Source of the DNA: Lingula anatina | Taxonomy: Eukaryota; Animalia; Brachiopoda | Direction: 5' to 3' | DNA length: 64,000 bases | Assembly (NCBI GenBank): GCA_051362555.1 | Contig: CM120641.1 | Coordinates: 1,054,001-1,118,000, forward strand | In this document: one piece after another, positions 12,346-22,429 of the stretch | Layout: each line of letters begins with the position of its first letter | Numbering within the stretch: position 1 is the stretch's first letter | Notes under the pieces: model-generated | What the model saw: only the letters and a program-made list of their open reading frames with translations | The model's database searches: none | What the model was told of the DNA's origin: nothing | Made by a program: the position numbers and the translations under genes

Positions 12346-13387
12346 TATTTCTCTTTCTCCTTAATTCTCCCTCTCGGCTTTCAATACGTTATCTGCTTTT
12401 ATTCACAAAACCATTAAATTCATTTCTCTATAAGAATATATAATTAAAAATGAAAAAAATAGTGAGATATTCAGCGCATATATCAAGGAGACAAAATATC
12501 TATAGAAAAGATTTCCTGACCCACCGTGCCGTTTTCTCCCAAATGTAACTGATACCAGAAGCAAGGAGAGGTTATGAAGGAAGGAAAACACAGAAGTTAA
12601 AAGGTATTTCCCCTGCCCCATTTCTCCTTCCTCTATCTCTCTCTTTCTCTCTATCTTGTCTTTCTTTCAATAAGTTATCTCCATTATTTTTTTAAATCAC
12701 ATAATTTATTTCTCTATAAGATGTTATAGTTAGAAAAAACAAACAAACAAGAAATGTTGGATGTGTTGAACAGATATATTAAGGAGACTAATTATGTACT
12801 TTGTAAAAACTTGGATAGACGGTCGTCTGTGCTAGGTAAAAATAATTTTAAAAAATTATGAAAATATTAAGGAAAAGATTTCCTGACCCGCCGTGTCGTT
12901 TTCTCCCAAATATGACTAGATGTGTGGAGAGGCTATAATAGAAAGCGAACAAAAAGATTGAGAGGTATTTACCCCCCTTCCCCCCCCCCTCCCCCGCTCT
13001 CTTCCTTCTTTCGCATACATAAGTTATTCCTTAGTTCACCCCAAAAAATCCATTTCTTTGTATGATGACATCGTCTATCCTATAGTTAAAACAACAAAAA
13101 AAGGAAATGAATTACCCGCATAATTTGTAAGATATTAAAACGCCCTCCGCTTCTCTCTTTCTCTCTCTCTCTCTCTCTTAAGTGAAAAAGACAAAAAGAA
13201 GGGAAAAGATTCTCTCAACCCCCGTGTCGTTTTCTCCCAAATGGAGCATATTCCATATGTTGAGAGCGAGCGCAGGAGTTGTAACATATAAAATATTGTC
13301 TTCTCCACATATCTGTTAAATATCGCACTGCATTTATTGTAATTTTTTAATTATATCATATTATATAGAATTGAAAAAAAGGAAGTA

Positions 13388-13603
13388 AGGGCGCATCCCC
13401 ATAGATTTTAGATCGATCTATCCTCGTGGGGAGTCTCACTAGATTACTGTCAAATAATCCGGCTTAAATGTCCGTCCCGCCTACTACAAGCTGTAAGGGG
13501 GTAATTAACTTTCGTGCCCGCTCGGCTGACAGCTATTTAGCGTGAACACCCAGGGAGTTAGGTCGATCTAGTTGGATCGATCTAATCTCTGGGAATGAGG
13601 TCT
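13388..13603. mobile_element. PIF/Harbinger-like MITE (TAGATCGATCTA family)
   Basis: Imperfect inverted ends containing TAGATCGATCTA, flanked by TAA/TTA. Confidence 0.55.
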
Positions 13604-13639
13604 TAGAGTAGTATGGCTATATCTTGAGCTGTGTGACAG

Positions 13640-14112
13640 AGAGTGAGAGAGAGACAAAGAGAAACAGATGTGGGAAGATACAGGAGGGGCGTTCAATGCC
13701 TTTTAAAAAATATATAATCTTGTAGAGAAAGGAAAAAATAAGTAAAGGAAATAAAGCAGAAAACCTATTGAAGGAACAGAGAGAGAAAGAGAAAGAAAGA
13801 TGCATGAAGAAGCAGGAGGGATGGGGCGTTGGATGCCTTTCAACTCCTGCGTTTGCTTTCTGTAATGACTTCCCTACTCATGTGGTATCAGTTACATTTG
13901 GGAGAAAACGGCAAATCGGGACAGTAATTTTTTTTTACATATTTTACAATGATCTGTAACAAAAAATTGTCTCCTAGACATACAGTGTATCTGTTAAATG
14001 TCCCACGTCTTTTATCTTCCGTTTTAAAATGTAGAATCCTGTATAGAAATAAAAAAAATAAAAGGAATTAAAGCAGAAAACATATTGAAAGATCAGTGAT
14101 AAAAAGTGTGTT

Positions 14113-14155
<43 letters not shown>

Positions 14156-16625
14156 TGTGGGGATAAGCAGGAGGGGGGCTTAAATGCCTTTCAACTCCTG
14201 CGTTCGCTTTCTCTAATGACTTCTCCACTCATGTGGTATCAGTTACATTTGGGAGAAAACGGCAGATCGGGACAGTGAATCTTCTGCTTTAAAATTTTTC
14301 TCCCTTTTTTGCCACATTTTACAATAATTTGTTTTAAAAAATTGTTTCCTAGACGAACAGTGTATTTGTTAAATGTCCCCCAACTTTTTTTCTTTTAAAA
14401 AATATATAATCTTGTAGAGAAAGGAAAAAATAAGTAAAGGAAATAAAGCAGAAAATCTATTGAAGGATTAGAGAGAGAAAGTGTGTGAGAAAGGAAGAGA
14501 AAGAGAGATGTGTTAAGAAGCAGGAGGGGGGGGGGGCGTTGAATGCCTTTCAACTCCTGCGTTTGCTTTCTCTAATGACTCCTCCACTCATGTGGTATCA
14601 GTTACATTTGGGAGAAAACGGCAAATCAGGACAGTAAATCTTTTACGTTCATATTATTGACACCCTTACACGCTTCCATAGATTTGTAAAAATAGTGTCT
14701 CCTAGACATACAGTGTATCTGTTAAATGTCCCACAACTTTTTTTTTAAATATATAAGCTTGTAGAGAAAGGAAAAAATAAATAAAGGAAATAAAGCAGAA
14801 AATCTATTGAAGGATTAGAGAGAGAAAGTGTGTGAGAAAGGAAGAGAAAGAGAGCTGTGTTAAGAAGCAGGAGGGGGGGGGGCGTTGAATGCCTTTCAAC
14901 TCCTGCGTTTGCTTTCTCTAATGACTCCTCCACTCATGTGGTATCAGTTACATTTGGGAGAAAACGGCAAATCGGGACAGTAAATCTTTTACGTTAATAT
15001 TATTGTTACTTTCTTCTTTTTTTCCTCACATTTTACAATGATTTGTAAAAAAAGTTTCTCCTAGACATACAGTGTATCTGTTAAATATCCCACAACTTTT
15101 TTCTTTTAAAAAATATATAGGTCTAATCTTGTAAAGGAAGGAAAAATAAATAAAGGAAAACAGGCAGAACACCCTTTGAAGGATTAGAGAGAGAGAAAGT
15201 GTGTGAGAAAGGGAGAGAAAGAGAAAGAGAAAGAGAGATGTGTTAAGAAGCAGGCGGGAGGGGGGGGGGCGTTGAATGCCTTTCAACTCCTGAGTTCGCT
15301 TTCTCTAATGACTTCTCCACTCATGTGGTATCAGTTACATTTGGGAGAAAACGGCAGATCGGGACAGTGAATCTTCTGCTTTAATATTTTTGTCACTTTT
15401 TTTCCACATTTTACAATGATTAGTTAAATAAAATTGTTCCCTAGACATACAGTGTATTTGTTAAAGGTCCCACAACTTTTTACTTTTCAAAAATATATAA
15501 TCTTGTAGAGGAAGGAAAAAATAAGTAAAGGAAATAAAGCAGAAAATCTATTGAAGGATTAGAGAGAGAAAGTGTGTGAGAAAGGAAGAGAAAGAGAGCT
15601 GTGTTAAGAAGCAGGAGGGGGGCGTTAAATGCCTTTCAACTCCTGCGTTCCCTTTCTCTAGGTGGACTTCTCCACCTAGGTGGTATCAGTTACATTTGGG
15701 AGAAAACGACAAATCAGGACAGTAAATCTTTTACGTTAATATTATTGTCACTTTCTTTTTTTTCTTCACATTTTACAATGATTTGTAAAAAAGTGTCTCC
15801 TAGACATACAGTATATCTGTTAAATGTCCCACAACTTTTTCTTTTAAAATATATATAATCTTGTAGAGGAAGGAAAAAATAAGTAAAGGAAATAAAGCAG
15901 AAAACCTATTGAAGGAACAGAGAGAGAAAGAGAAAGAAAGATGCGTGAAGAAGCAGGAGGGATGGGGCGTTGGATGCCTTTCAACTCCTGCGTTTGCTTT
16001 CTGTAATGACTTCCCTACTTATGTGGTATCAGTTACATTTGGGAGAAAACGGCAAATCGGGACAGTAATTTTTTTTTACATATTTTACAATGATCTGTAC
16101 CAAAAAATTGTCTCCTAGACATACAGTGTATCTGTTAAATGTCCCACAACTTTTTTCTTTTAAAAATATATAGGCCTTATCTTGAAGAGGAAGGAAAATA
16201 AATAAAGGAAATAAAGCAGAAAACCTATTGAAGGGTTAGAGAGAGAAAGTGTGTGAGAAAGGGAGAGAAAGAGAAAGCAAAAGAGAAAGAGAGATGTGTT
16301 AAGAAGCAGGAGGGGGGGGGGGGGTGAGCGTTGAATGCCTTTCAACTCCTGCGTTCGCTTTCTCTAATGACTTCACCACTCATGTGGTATGGAGAAAACG
16401 GCAAATCGGAACAGTAAATCTTTTACGTTACTATTATTGATACTTTCTTTTTTCTATATTTTTACAATGATCTGTAACAAAAAATGTCTCCTAGACATAC
16501 AGTGTATCTGTTAAATGACCCACATCTTTTATTTCCCATTTTAAAATGTAGAATCTTGTATAGAAATTTAAAAAAAATAAGTAAAGGAACTAAAGCAGAA
16601 AACATATTGAAAGATCAGAGAGAAA

Positions 16626-16693
<68 letters not shown>

Positions 16694-16700
16694 TGTGGGA
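13640..16700 (-). repeat. Tandem array of ~350-bp units, right arm of the foldback element (inverted)
   Basis: Eight reverse-complement anchors at about 13900, 14250, 14610, 14955, 15340, 15698, 16040 and 16392. Confidence 0.9.
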
Positions 16701-17089
16701 AAAAGCATTATTTTTATATTTAAAAAGAGTCTGAAAACACATATTTATAGATTTAAACCCTTGCAACAATTCAAGATAACATTTCTTTTTTTCCAAAATC
16801 GCTTTAATATATATCTTCATAATAACTATATAAGCCGATATAAACAAGGAGCAAAATATTTCCAAACTGTGTAGGTAAAAAAGAAAAATGTAAATAGATT
16901 TAATCCATAATAATGCAATTGTTGACCCCGACGAAGGCGATCTTTCTTCATTTGCCCCCGAAAAGCACAATGTCCTCTATATTCTACTGCTACGCCATCT
17001 ATTAACAACTGTCCTGATTTGCCTGTGTCCTGATTTGCCGTTTCTGACCTAGATTGCCGGTTTCTCCTTAAGCGAGGCAGCATCATATG

Positions 17090-17220
17090 CGGTGAGTACA
17101 ACTCAACCACAGCTACCGTGCAGACGTGTACGGTACAGACGACAAAAAATAATCAGAATTGAGACACAATACACAGTGATCTACAATCTCACTCCGTAAG
17201 TAGAACCAGTGAATACTTTA
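17090..17220 (+). repeat. Inverted internal LTR, right part
   Basis: Continues the LTR from the TSD to ...GAATACTTTA; 125 + 123 bp = a full 248-bp LTR. Confidence 0.92.
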
Positions 17221-17277
17221 TTTCTATCCATGACTACCTTTCAGCCAGTTTATAGATTTCGCATGGAATCATGTTCC

Positions 17278-17324
<47 letters not shown>

Positions 17325-17614
17325 GGGGATTCCACTATCCTTTTCTTTTTACTAGGCCTATACGTACTGGTGCTACTCTTATTTCTTTGATCTACGAATC
17401 CTTTGTTCCGCTTTATCTTTTCCGTCAATTTGCAGAAAACTTTGCACTGAAAATATGCATTCAATTTTAAAATTGTCATTGGTGCTACATGTACAACAAC
17501 TGATTCTAAAATGACTCAAAATTATGTATGCAAACCCGTTTTCCTAATTTCCGATTATTCCCTGCAGCAAGAGATAGTAGGTCGAGGCAACTTAAAACTG
17601 ATGGCTAACCTTAA

Positions 17615-17682
17615 ATGCGCGCAATACACTCTCCCTGACATTACAGAAATCTGCGCGCCCATGTCCACTTTTCCACTGATCT
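17615..17682 (-). pseudogene. Degenerate retroviral-type aspartic protease remnant
   Basis: The - strand just downstream of gag reads *ISGKVDMGAQISVMSGRVY, resembling VDTGAQxSxxS. ACG>ATG would account for DTG>DMG. There is an in-frame stop just upstream. Confidence 0.6.
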
Positions 17683-17796
17683 ACACCCGAGACCACTTAA
17701 TGGACGAAAAATTGCCTGAAAGCCTAGGATTTTGATCTATACTAGGATCAGACTCCCACTCTACGCCCCTACGTTGATTTTGCTGCAATGATTGTT

Positions 17797-19731
17797 CTAC
17801 TGGTGAGGTTTTTCTGTGCCATGCATTTGAGACGGTGTATTTGAACATGTACTCGATGCTCGAACCTTAAGTTTAAATGACTCAGCGTTATCAGCTCGCT
17901 TTTGTTTTGCGAGTTCTTTTTCAGTAATTTTTCGTTTTAAGAACTCTTTATATTTCTGGCAATTTCTTTTAAAATGGTCTTTTCTTTTACAGAAGAAACA
18001 CACACTTGATGTTTTAGGTGTGGACTTCCTGACCAAATGTTCAACCGTTTTTTCCAAGTCAGCCCTTGAATTAAATTGAATTGTGCTCAATTTTGGCTGC
18101 TGGCTGACACGTTTCTCTATGATGGACTCAACTAGTTTTTCAACATTTTCAGATGGAGATTGTTGATTTTCTCTAGCTGTAAGATCAAGAGAACATATTT
18201 GAATTTTTTCACGAATTTTTCTTGTTTCTTTTTGACTATTCGTGGGTTTACAAACATGTTGATAGTCCACCATATGTGTTATTGCGTCGCTGATGCTTGC
18301 TGGATGCTTTAAACTAGTATAACGCCCAGCATCCTGATCAATACAGTCTTGACAAAATTTTGATATTGTTTCTTTTGTCCTAAAAGACTCCGATTTATCA
18401 GGATAAGCATCTCTGACCAATAACAAAACGCGGCACAGCCATTGGTTTAACGTTTCGTTTTGCGATTGAACGGCAGTAAGAAATGCCAGGCGAGCCGAAT
18501 CGGGATGTTTTTTAATCCCGAACACTAAGTCCATTTCTTTCATTATAGATGTGTACGACACATTTTTATTTGCTCTGAGATGGCTATTATACAGGGCCAA
18601 AGCCTCGCCTTCAAGACACCACAGAAGGTAGTCCAGACACTCGTCTTCTGACCACTCTTTTATCTGGCGATAACTTTCATATCTTTTTCTGAAAGACTCC
18701 CAGTCGTCACTGTTTCCGTCAAACGATAATTGTTTAGGTAAATCACTGGGGTCTACTCTGTCCTTTTTACTTTTTGGACCTACTTTTTCTGGTTTGGGTA
18801 GCCGAAAGTATTCTTTTTCAATGTTATCCCTTTCATAAATTAGTGGTTCGTCACAGAAAACGGGAGGCGAGATTCTAGGGCGCGTATAATGTTTTCCTAT
18901 TGAACTAGACCGGTATTCATGATTTTGTTGAACTGTATCGGCAAAATTTTGCTCAACATGTCGTTGCCGCCTTCCGGGTTTAGGAACATGAAACTGATAC
19001 AGATCACAATTCACATCACCCTTATGGACAGACGGAGCAAAGTGCCGACTACTGTCCTTACCATTCGGAAAGGAAGTAACAGTATCAGGGTTCATGACGC
19101 GGCCTGGAGACTTTGCATGCACAGAAGATGTTACTTTTTTATCTTTGTTATTGGCACGCAGCCTCTCAATAGGCAGAGCAAAAATGTCGTGTTCAGAGGC
19201 TAAAGTGGCTGGCTGCGATGTGAAAGATTTTGGGTCAATAGCTGAGTGAAAATGTGATTTCGAACAAGATTTTAATTTAGAATATGTTGATGGTGAAAAA
19301 TTAGCAGCGTTTTTTATATTTTTACTGCGAGAAATTTGTTCTTGGTGTTGAATTTTCTCACCCAGTTTGAGAATTTTTTCAAATTCCGCCCTATATCTCT
19401 CAGCAGCCGCTCTTCCTTCATGCTGAATGTAGGAAGTCACTTTAGAAGTTGTGTAATGAGTTTTTTGAGTGGATAATACGCTAGGGTCTAGGTCACCCAT
19501 GTTGACTTCAGATCCTAATTCACTGCTGTGAGTACCCCCAAAAGAGAAATTTTTGATTTTATTTGATCCGGTATTGGATCCACAAATTTCCAAAATGTTG
19601 GATCTGGTCACGGGGATCCCTTGCTCTCTAGCGTATATTATCCTTTCTGCACGTTTAGGACCTATACCCGGCAGCGTAACGAGCTCATCGTAAGTCGCAC
19701 GATTGATTGGCAACCTTGATGCACTCGCCAT
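17797..19731 (-). CDS. gag: Gag-like protein, 644 aa: N-terminal ComEA-type helix-hairpin-helix, capsid domain, CCHC zinc knuckle
   Basis: INRATYDELVTLPGIGPKRAERII (HhH). LSFDGNSDDWESFRKRYE...W...LLWCLEGEAL...QSQNETLNQW (retrotransposon capsid). CFFCKRKDHFKRNC (CX2CX4HX4C) at 18000-17959. Lies downstream of the LTR and PBS. Confidence 0.9.
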   Translation of the reverse strand: MASASRLPINRATYDELVTLPGIGPKRAERIIYAREQGIPVTRSNILEICGSNTGSNKIKNFSFGGTHSSELGSEVNMGDLDPSVLSTQKTHYTTSKVTSYIQHEGRAAAERYRAEFEKILKLGEKIQHQEQISRSKNIKNAANFSPSTYSKLKSCSKSHFHSAIDPKSFTSQPATLASEHDIFALPIERLRANNKDKKVTSSVHAKSPGRVMNPDTVTSFPNGKDSSRHFAPSVHKGDVNCDLYQFHVPKPGRRQRHVEQNFADTVQQNHEYRSSSIGKHYTRPRISPPVFCDEPLIYERDNIEKEYFRLPKPEKVGPKSKKDRVDPSDLPKQLSFDGNSDDWESFRKRYESYRQIKEWSEDECLDYLLWCLEGEALALYNSHLRANKNVSYTSIMKEMDLVFGIKKHPDSARLAFLTAVQSQNETLNQWLCRVLLLVRDAYPDKSESFRTKETISKFCQDCIDQDAGRYTSLKHPASISDAITHMVDYQHVCKPTNSQKETRKIREKIQICSLDLTARENQQSPSENVEKLVESIIEKRVSQQPKLSTIQFNSRADLEKTVEHLVRKSTPKTSSVCFFCKRKDHFKRNCQKYKEFLKRKITEKELAKQKRADNAESFKLKVRASSTCSNTPSQMHGTEKPHQ

Positions 19732-20230
19732 TGTACATTTGTAAGCGAGAATTAAATTGATTCAAAATAATTTCACCTATCAAAGCACAATACACTTCCA
19801 AGCTTATAGCGAAATTCACTATAAATAGAATCCAAAAACGTACAGTTAATTCAAATTCGGGGAAGGAAGACTTCGGCACACAACGCAATAAGTTGAATTT
19901 AGACAGAAATTCTGTTCAGAATCCTATCTAAAATACAAAAGAATAATCAACAAAAACACTGAAGTCAATATTTTATTCTTTCAAATAAACTAAAGAAACA
20001 AAGAAACTAAAATATTACGTGTGCACCTCAGTCTTGGGGAAAATTCAAATAAAGAAATAAAATCTGAAGCGGTAACCTTTATGATCCAAAACTGAAACTA
20101 CAATTTTGACCGCCGCTCCACCCAATTATTCAAAAGGATGTTAGACAAAGGAATTTCCCGCGTAATCTACTTTCAGCTAGATCGCAGCGAAAACTAAGCT
20201 TTAGGCCCGCAAAATTACAAGTTACGAATG

Positions 20231-20241
20231 CCTCGTCGCCA
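20231..20241 (-). other. Primer binding site TGGCGACGAGG
   Basis: 1 nt after the 5' LTR; complementary to ...CCUCGUCG-CCA, the recalled 3' end of animal tRNA-Ser(GCT). Confidence 0.8.
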
Positions 20242-20242
20242 A

Positions 20243-20490
20243 TAAAGTATTCACTGGTTCTACTTACGGAGTGAGATTGTAGATCACTGTGTATTGTGTC
20301 TCAATTCTGATTATTTTTTGTCGTCTGTACCGTACACGTCTGCACGGTAGCTGTGGTTGAGTTGTACTCACCGGGATCAGGCAGGGAAGTTGGACTCTCC
20401 ACCTGGTGTGCGCAGTACTTACCGTAATTGCGCGCTCTCCGCGCAGGGAGAGCACACCGGGTGAAGGTAGGAAAATGCACGAACACAACA
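20243..20490 (-). repeat. 5' LTR
   Basis: Identical to 6290-6537; followed by the PBS on the - strand. Confidence 0.93.
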
Positions 20491-21631
20491 CGTCTCTTTT
20501 CATTATAAGCTGTAAATTCGTCAAATATGACAATGAAATAAACCCGAGTTTTGGGGTATATTTTATCGTAGAGATACGAAATAATAAAAAGCGACTTTGT
20601 GTTTAATTTAAGGAGCCAACATATTAGCTTTAATCCTCCATTCTGAAAACAGTGTTCACAAAAAATTACTTGCGTCTTACTCCTTATTCACAACTGAAGT
20701 AAGAAGCAGCTTCATGCGGGTATAATATCCTAGAATTTGTGTGATTTCCATCTGAAAAATATACAAGTTCAACTGATAATTTGATGTAAAAAAAGCATGA
20801 GATACAGCGATTGATGAAAGGACGTGATATTACTATTCTTTACCAGACCTGACGTATCGTACCTGTACAGTGTATGAAAAGTCAAAGCGATCCGTTCAGC
20901 ATGGTGACAGTGTACTAAGCATCCAGCGACTGAGGAAGTGTACATGTACATGTACATGTAGGTGCTAGTATATACTTGAAGTTCACAGTTAGACCAGGTT
21001 TTGTATCTGAGGTGTGTGTGTGGGAGTGGTAATGAGATGTCTTATTGTAATTTGGCCCAAATGAACTACATTTTTGAAATGATTTTAACAAACATATTGC
21101 TTATCTCCAGTTCAGGGTATTGTCAGCATATTATTATTAATAACCCTCATTTTATGCCAAACCCTGGTGTTGAAATATTGATATGAAATATAAGTCATAG
21201 TCCAGGTTCAAATTGCCTAGTAGAGATTCCAATCCATTTTTACAGAAAACCTCCCTTGAGTAATTCTGTTTAACAGTATTTATGAGCTACCAGTATGTGT
21301 ACATGTACAATGGGGCCATAGCAATAGTCCGAAGGTTCATTGGTCTGAATGTTCACTATTAGAACCTTCAGACCCAAGAACTTTTGATTAAAAACCTGAT
21401 GAAAATGCTATGATTTTTCAGACCAATGAACCTTTGTAAGCTGAGACACCCCCTTTTACAAGTACAAGTATCTCTTGACAGTGCTCAGAATGTATAAGAA
21501 CTACAAATACATGCACTACCATCAGACTGTGCGTGGTATAGAATTACACAAAATTTTAATTAAAAATTTAATTTTTTCTTTTTTTACTTTCTAGGTATTC
21601 ATCATAGACATTCCATTTCATCACATGGATA

Positions 21632-22099
21632 ATGAAATTTAGACAGAGAATTGCTTGGCTTCTACTATTGTTGTACCTCATGGTAACTTTAGTTGCAGTG
21701 TATTACATCTTTGAAATCAGTGAACAGTTCAACAGCCTTGCTCTCAAACATGTGCAAGACTATCACGATGTAGAGGCAGACAAAAGTGTTAAATCAAAAG
21801 AGAGGAGAGGGCTTGATAGAAAGGAATCTGACTCTAGAACGGGGCACAGTTCAATGTGGACTCATTTGACGGATGTCCCTATGGCTGTTTGGATTGCAGC
21901 ATGCCTCATTCCCTACTTGCAGATATTTTTTGTGATCTTGACTTGCACCAAGTCTGAACCGAAGCTGTCAGTGACATTGCTGTGGCCAGTGTATATATAC
22001 CTAGGTCTGAGAGAGACGTTGTGTGGAGAGCGGGGATTAGGAGTCTCAAAAGCTGTGAATTCACCAGTTAGCAATGGACATGTATTAGTGGACACATAG
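21632..22099 (+). CDS. LYSET: Lysosomal enzyme trafficking factor (TMEM251)
   Basis: MKFRQRIAW...LYL...YYIFEISEQFNSLALKHVQ, W....LIPYLQIF....CTKSEPK and the C-terminal VDT match the recalled human MNFRQRMGW..YYVFEISETYNRLALEHIQ..LVPYLQMF..CTRADPK..IDT. Splice acceptor at 21594. Confidence 0.93.
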   Translation: MKFRQRIAWLLLLLYLMVTLVAVYYIFEISEQFNSLALKHVQDYHDVEADKSVKSKERRGLDRKESDSRTGHSSMWTHLTDVPMAVWIAACLIPYLQIFFVILTCTKSEPKLSVTLLWPVYIYLGLRETLCGERGLGVSKAVNSPVSNGHVLVDT

Positions 22100-22252
22100 C
22101 AGTTGCTTTAGAACATGTTTAATTACGTATGTGTATAGAGTATCAGTTGGGAATAGTGTATTTCTACACTTAACATGATATAAAGATAAAGCTAAGAAGA
22201 CAATTTATCTAAATTTACCAAATGGTGAAAGTGGGTGATAATGTTACTTTAG

Positions 22253-22429
22253 CAGGGGCAGATTTAGGCGGTCTTCTGGGTCTTCTGGAAGACGGTCAGA
22301 TTTTCAAGTTTACATTGACGGCCATGACGGGTATCTTTTTTTTTCTGTTGGAAGACGGTCAAAAATGGAGGTTGGATCAATAAAGATAATTTGGAAGACT
22401 GTCAGAAAATATCTCTGGATCCACCCCAG
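22253..22429. mobile_element. MITE-like element, CAGGGGC(G/A)GAT terminal family
   Basis: Imperfect TIRs with CTTTAG on both flanks; similar ends at 36672 and at 60454/60517-60577. Confidence 0.5.

Larger units (their letters stand above)
8469..17089. mobile_element. Non-autonomous foldback-type DNA transposon, superfamily unassigned
   Basis: 8-bp TSD CGGTGAGT at 8461-8468 and 17090-17097, splitting an LTR whose intact sequence is present twice in the window. About 115-bp imperfect TIRs (8469-8582 / 16982-17089). Internal tandem arrays in opposite orientation. No transposase ORF. Confidence 0.9.
6290..20490 (-). mobile_element. Non-autonomous Gypsy/Metaviridae-type LTR retroelement (gag only) with nested insertions
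   Basis: Direct 248-bp repeats at 6290-6537 and 20243-20490, identical by eye. 4-bp TSD CGTC at 6286-6289 and 20491-20494. PBS follows the 5' LTR, PPT precedes the 3' LTR, gag ORF present. No RT, RNase H or integrase ORF. Confidence 0.93.

Noticed and set aside
9490-16700. CRISPR-like repeat-spacer array
   Set aside because: Eukaryotic context, ~350-bp period, the intervening sequences are homologous to each other, and there are no cas genes.
6311-17110. Short ORFs in the LTRs and foldback arrays (e.g. 6311-6595, 8286-8597, 10702-10956, 16590-16970)
   Set aside because: They are translations of repeats and microsatellites with no domain signal.
17797-19731. Orthologue of MOAP1/PNMA or a domesticated gag
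   Set aside because: It is flanked by identical LTRs and a TSD, so it is a recent insertion; the positional match is convergent.
6290-20490. DIRS/Ngaro element with an internal complementary region
   Set aside because: Terminal repeats are direct with a 4-bp TSD, tRNA PBS and PPT; no tyrosine recombinase.
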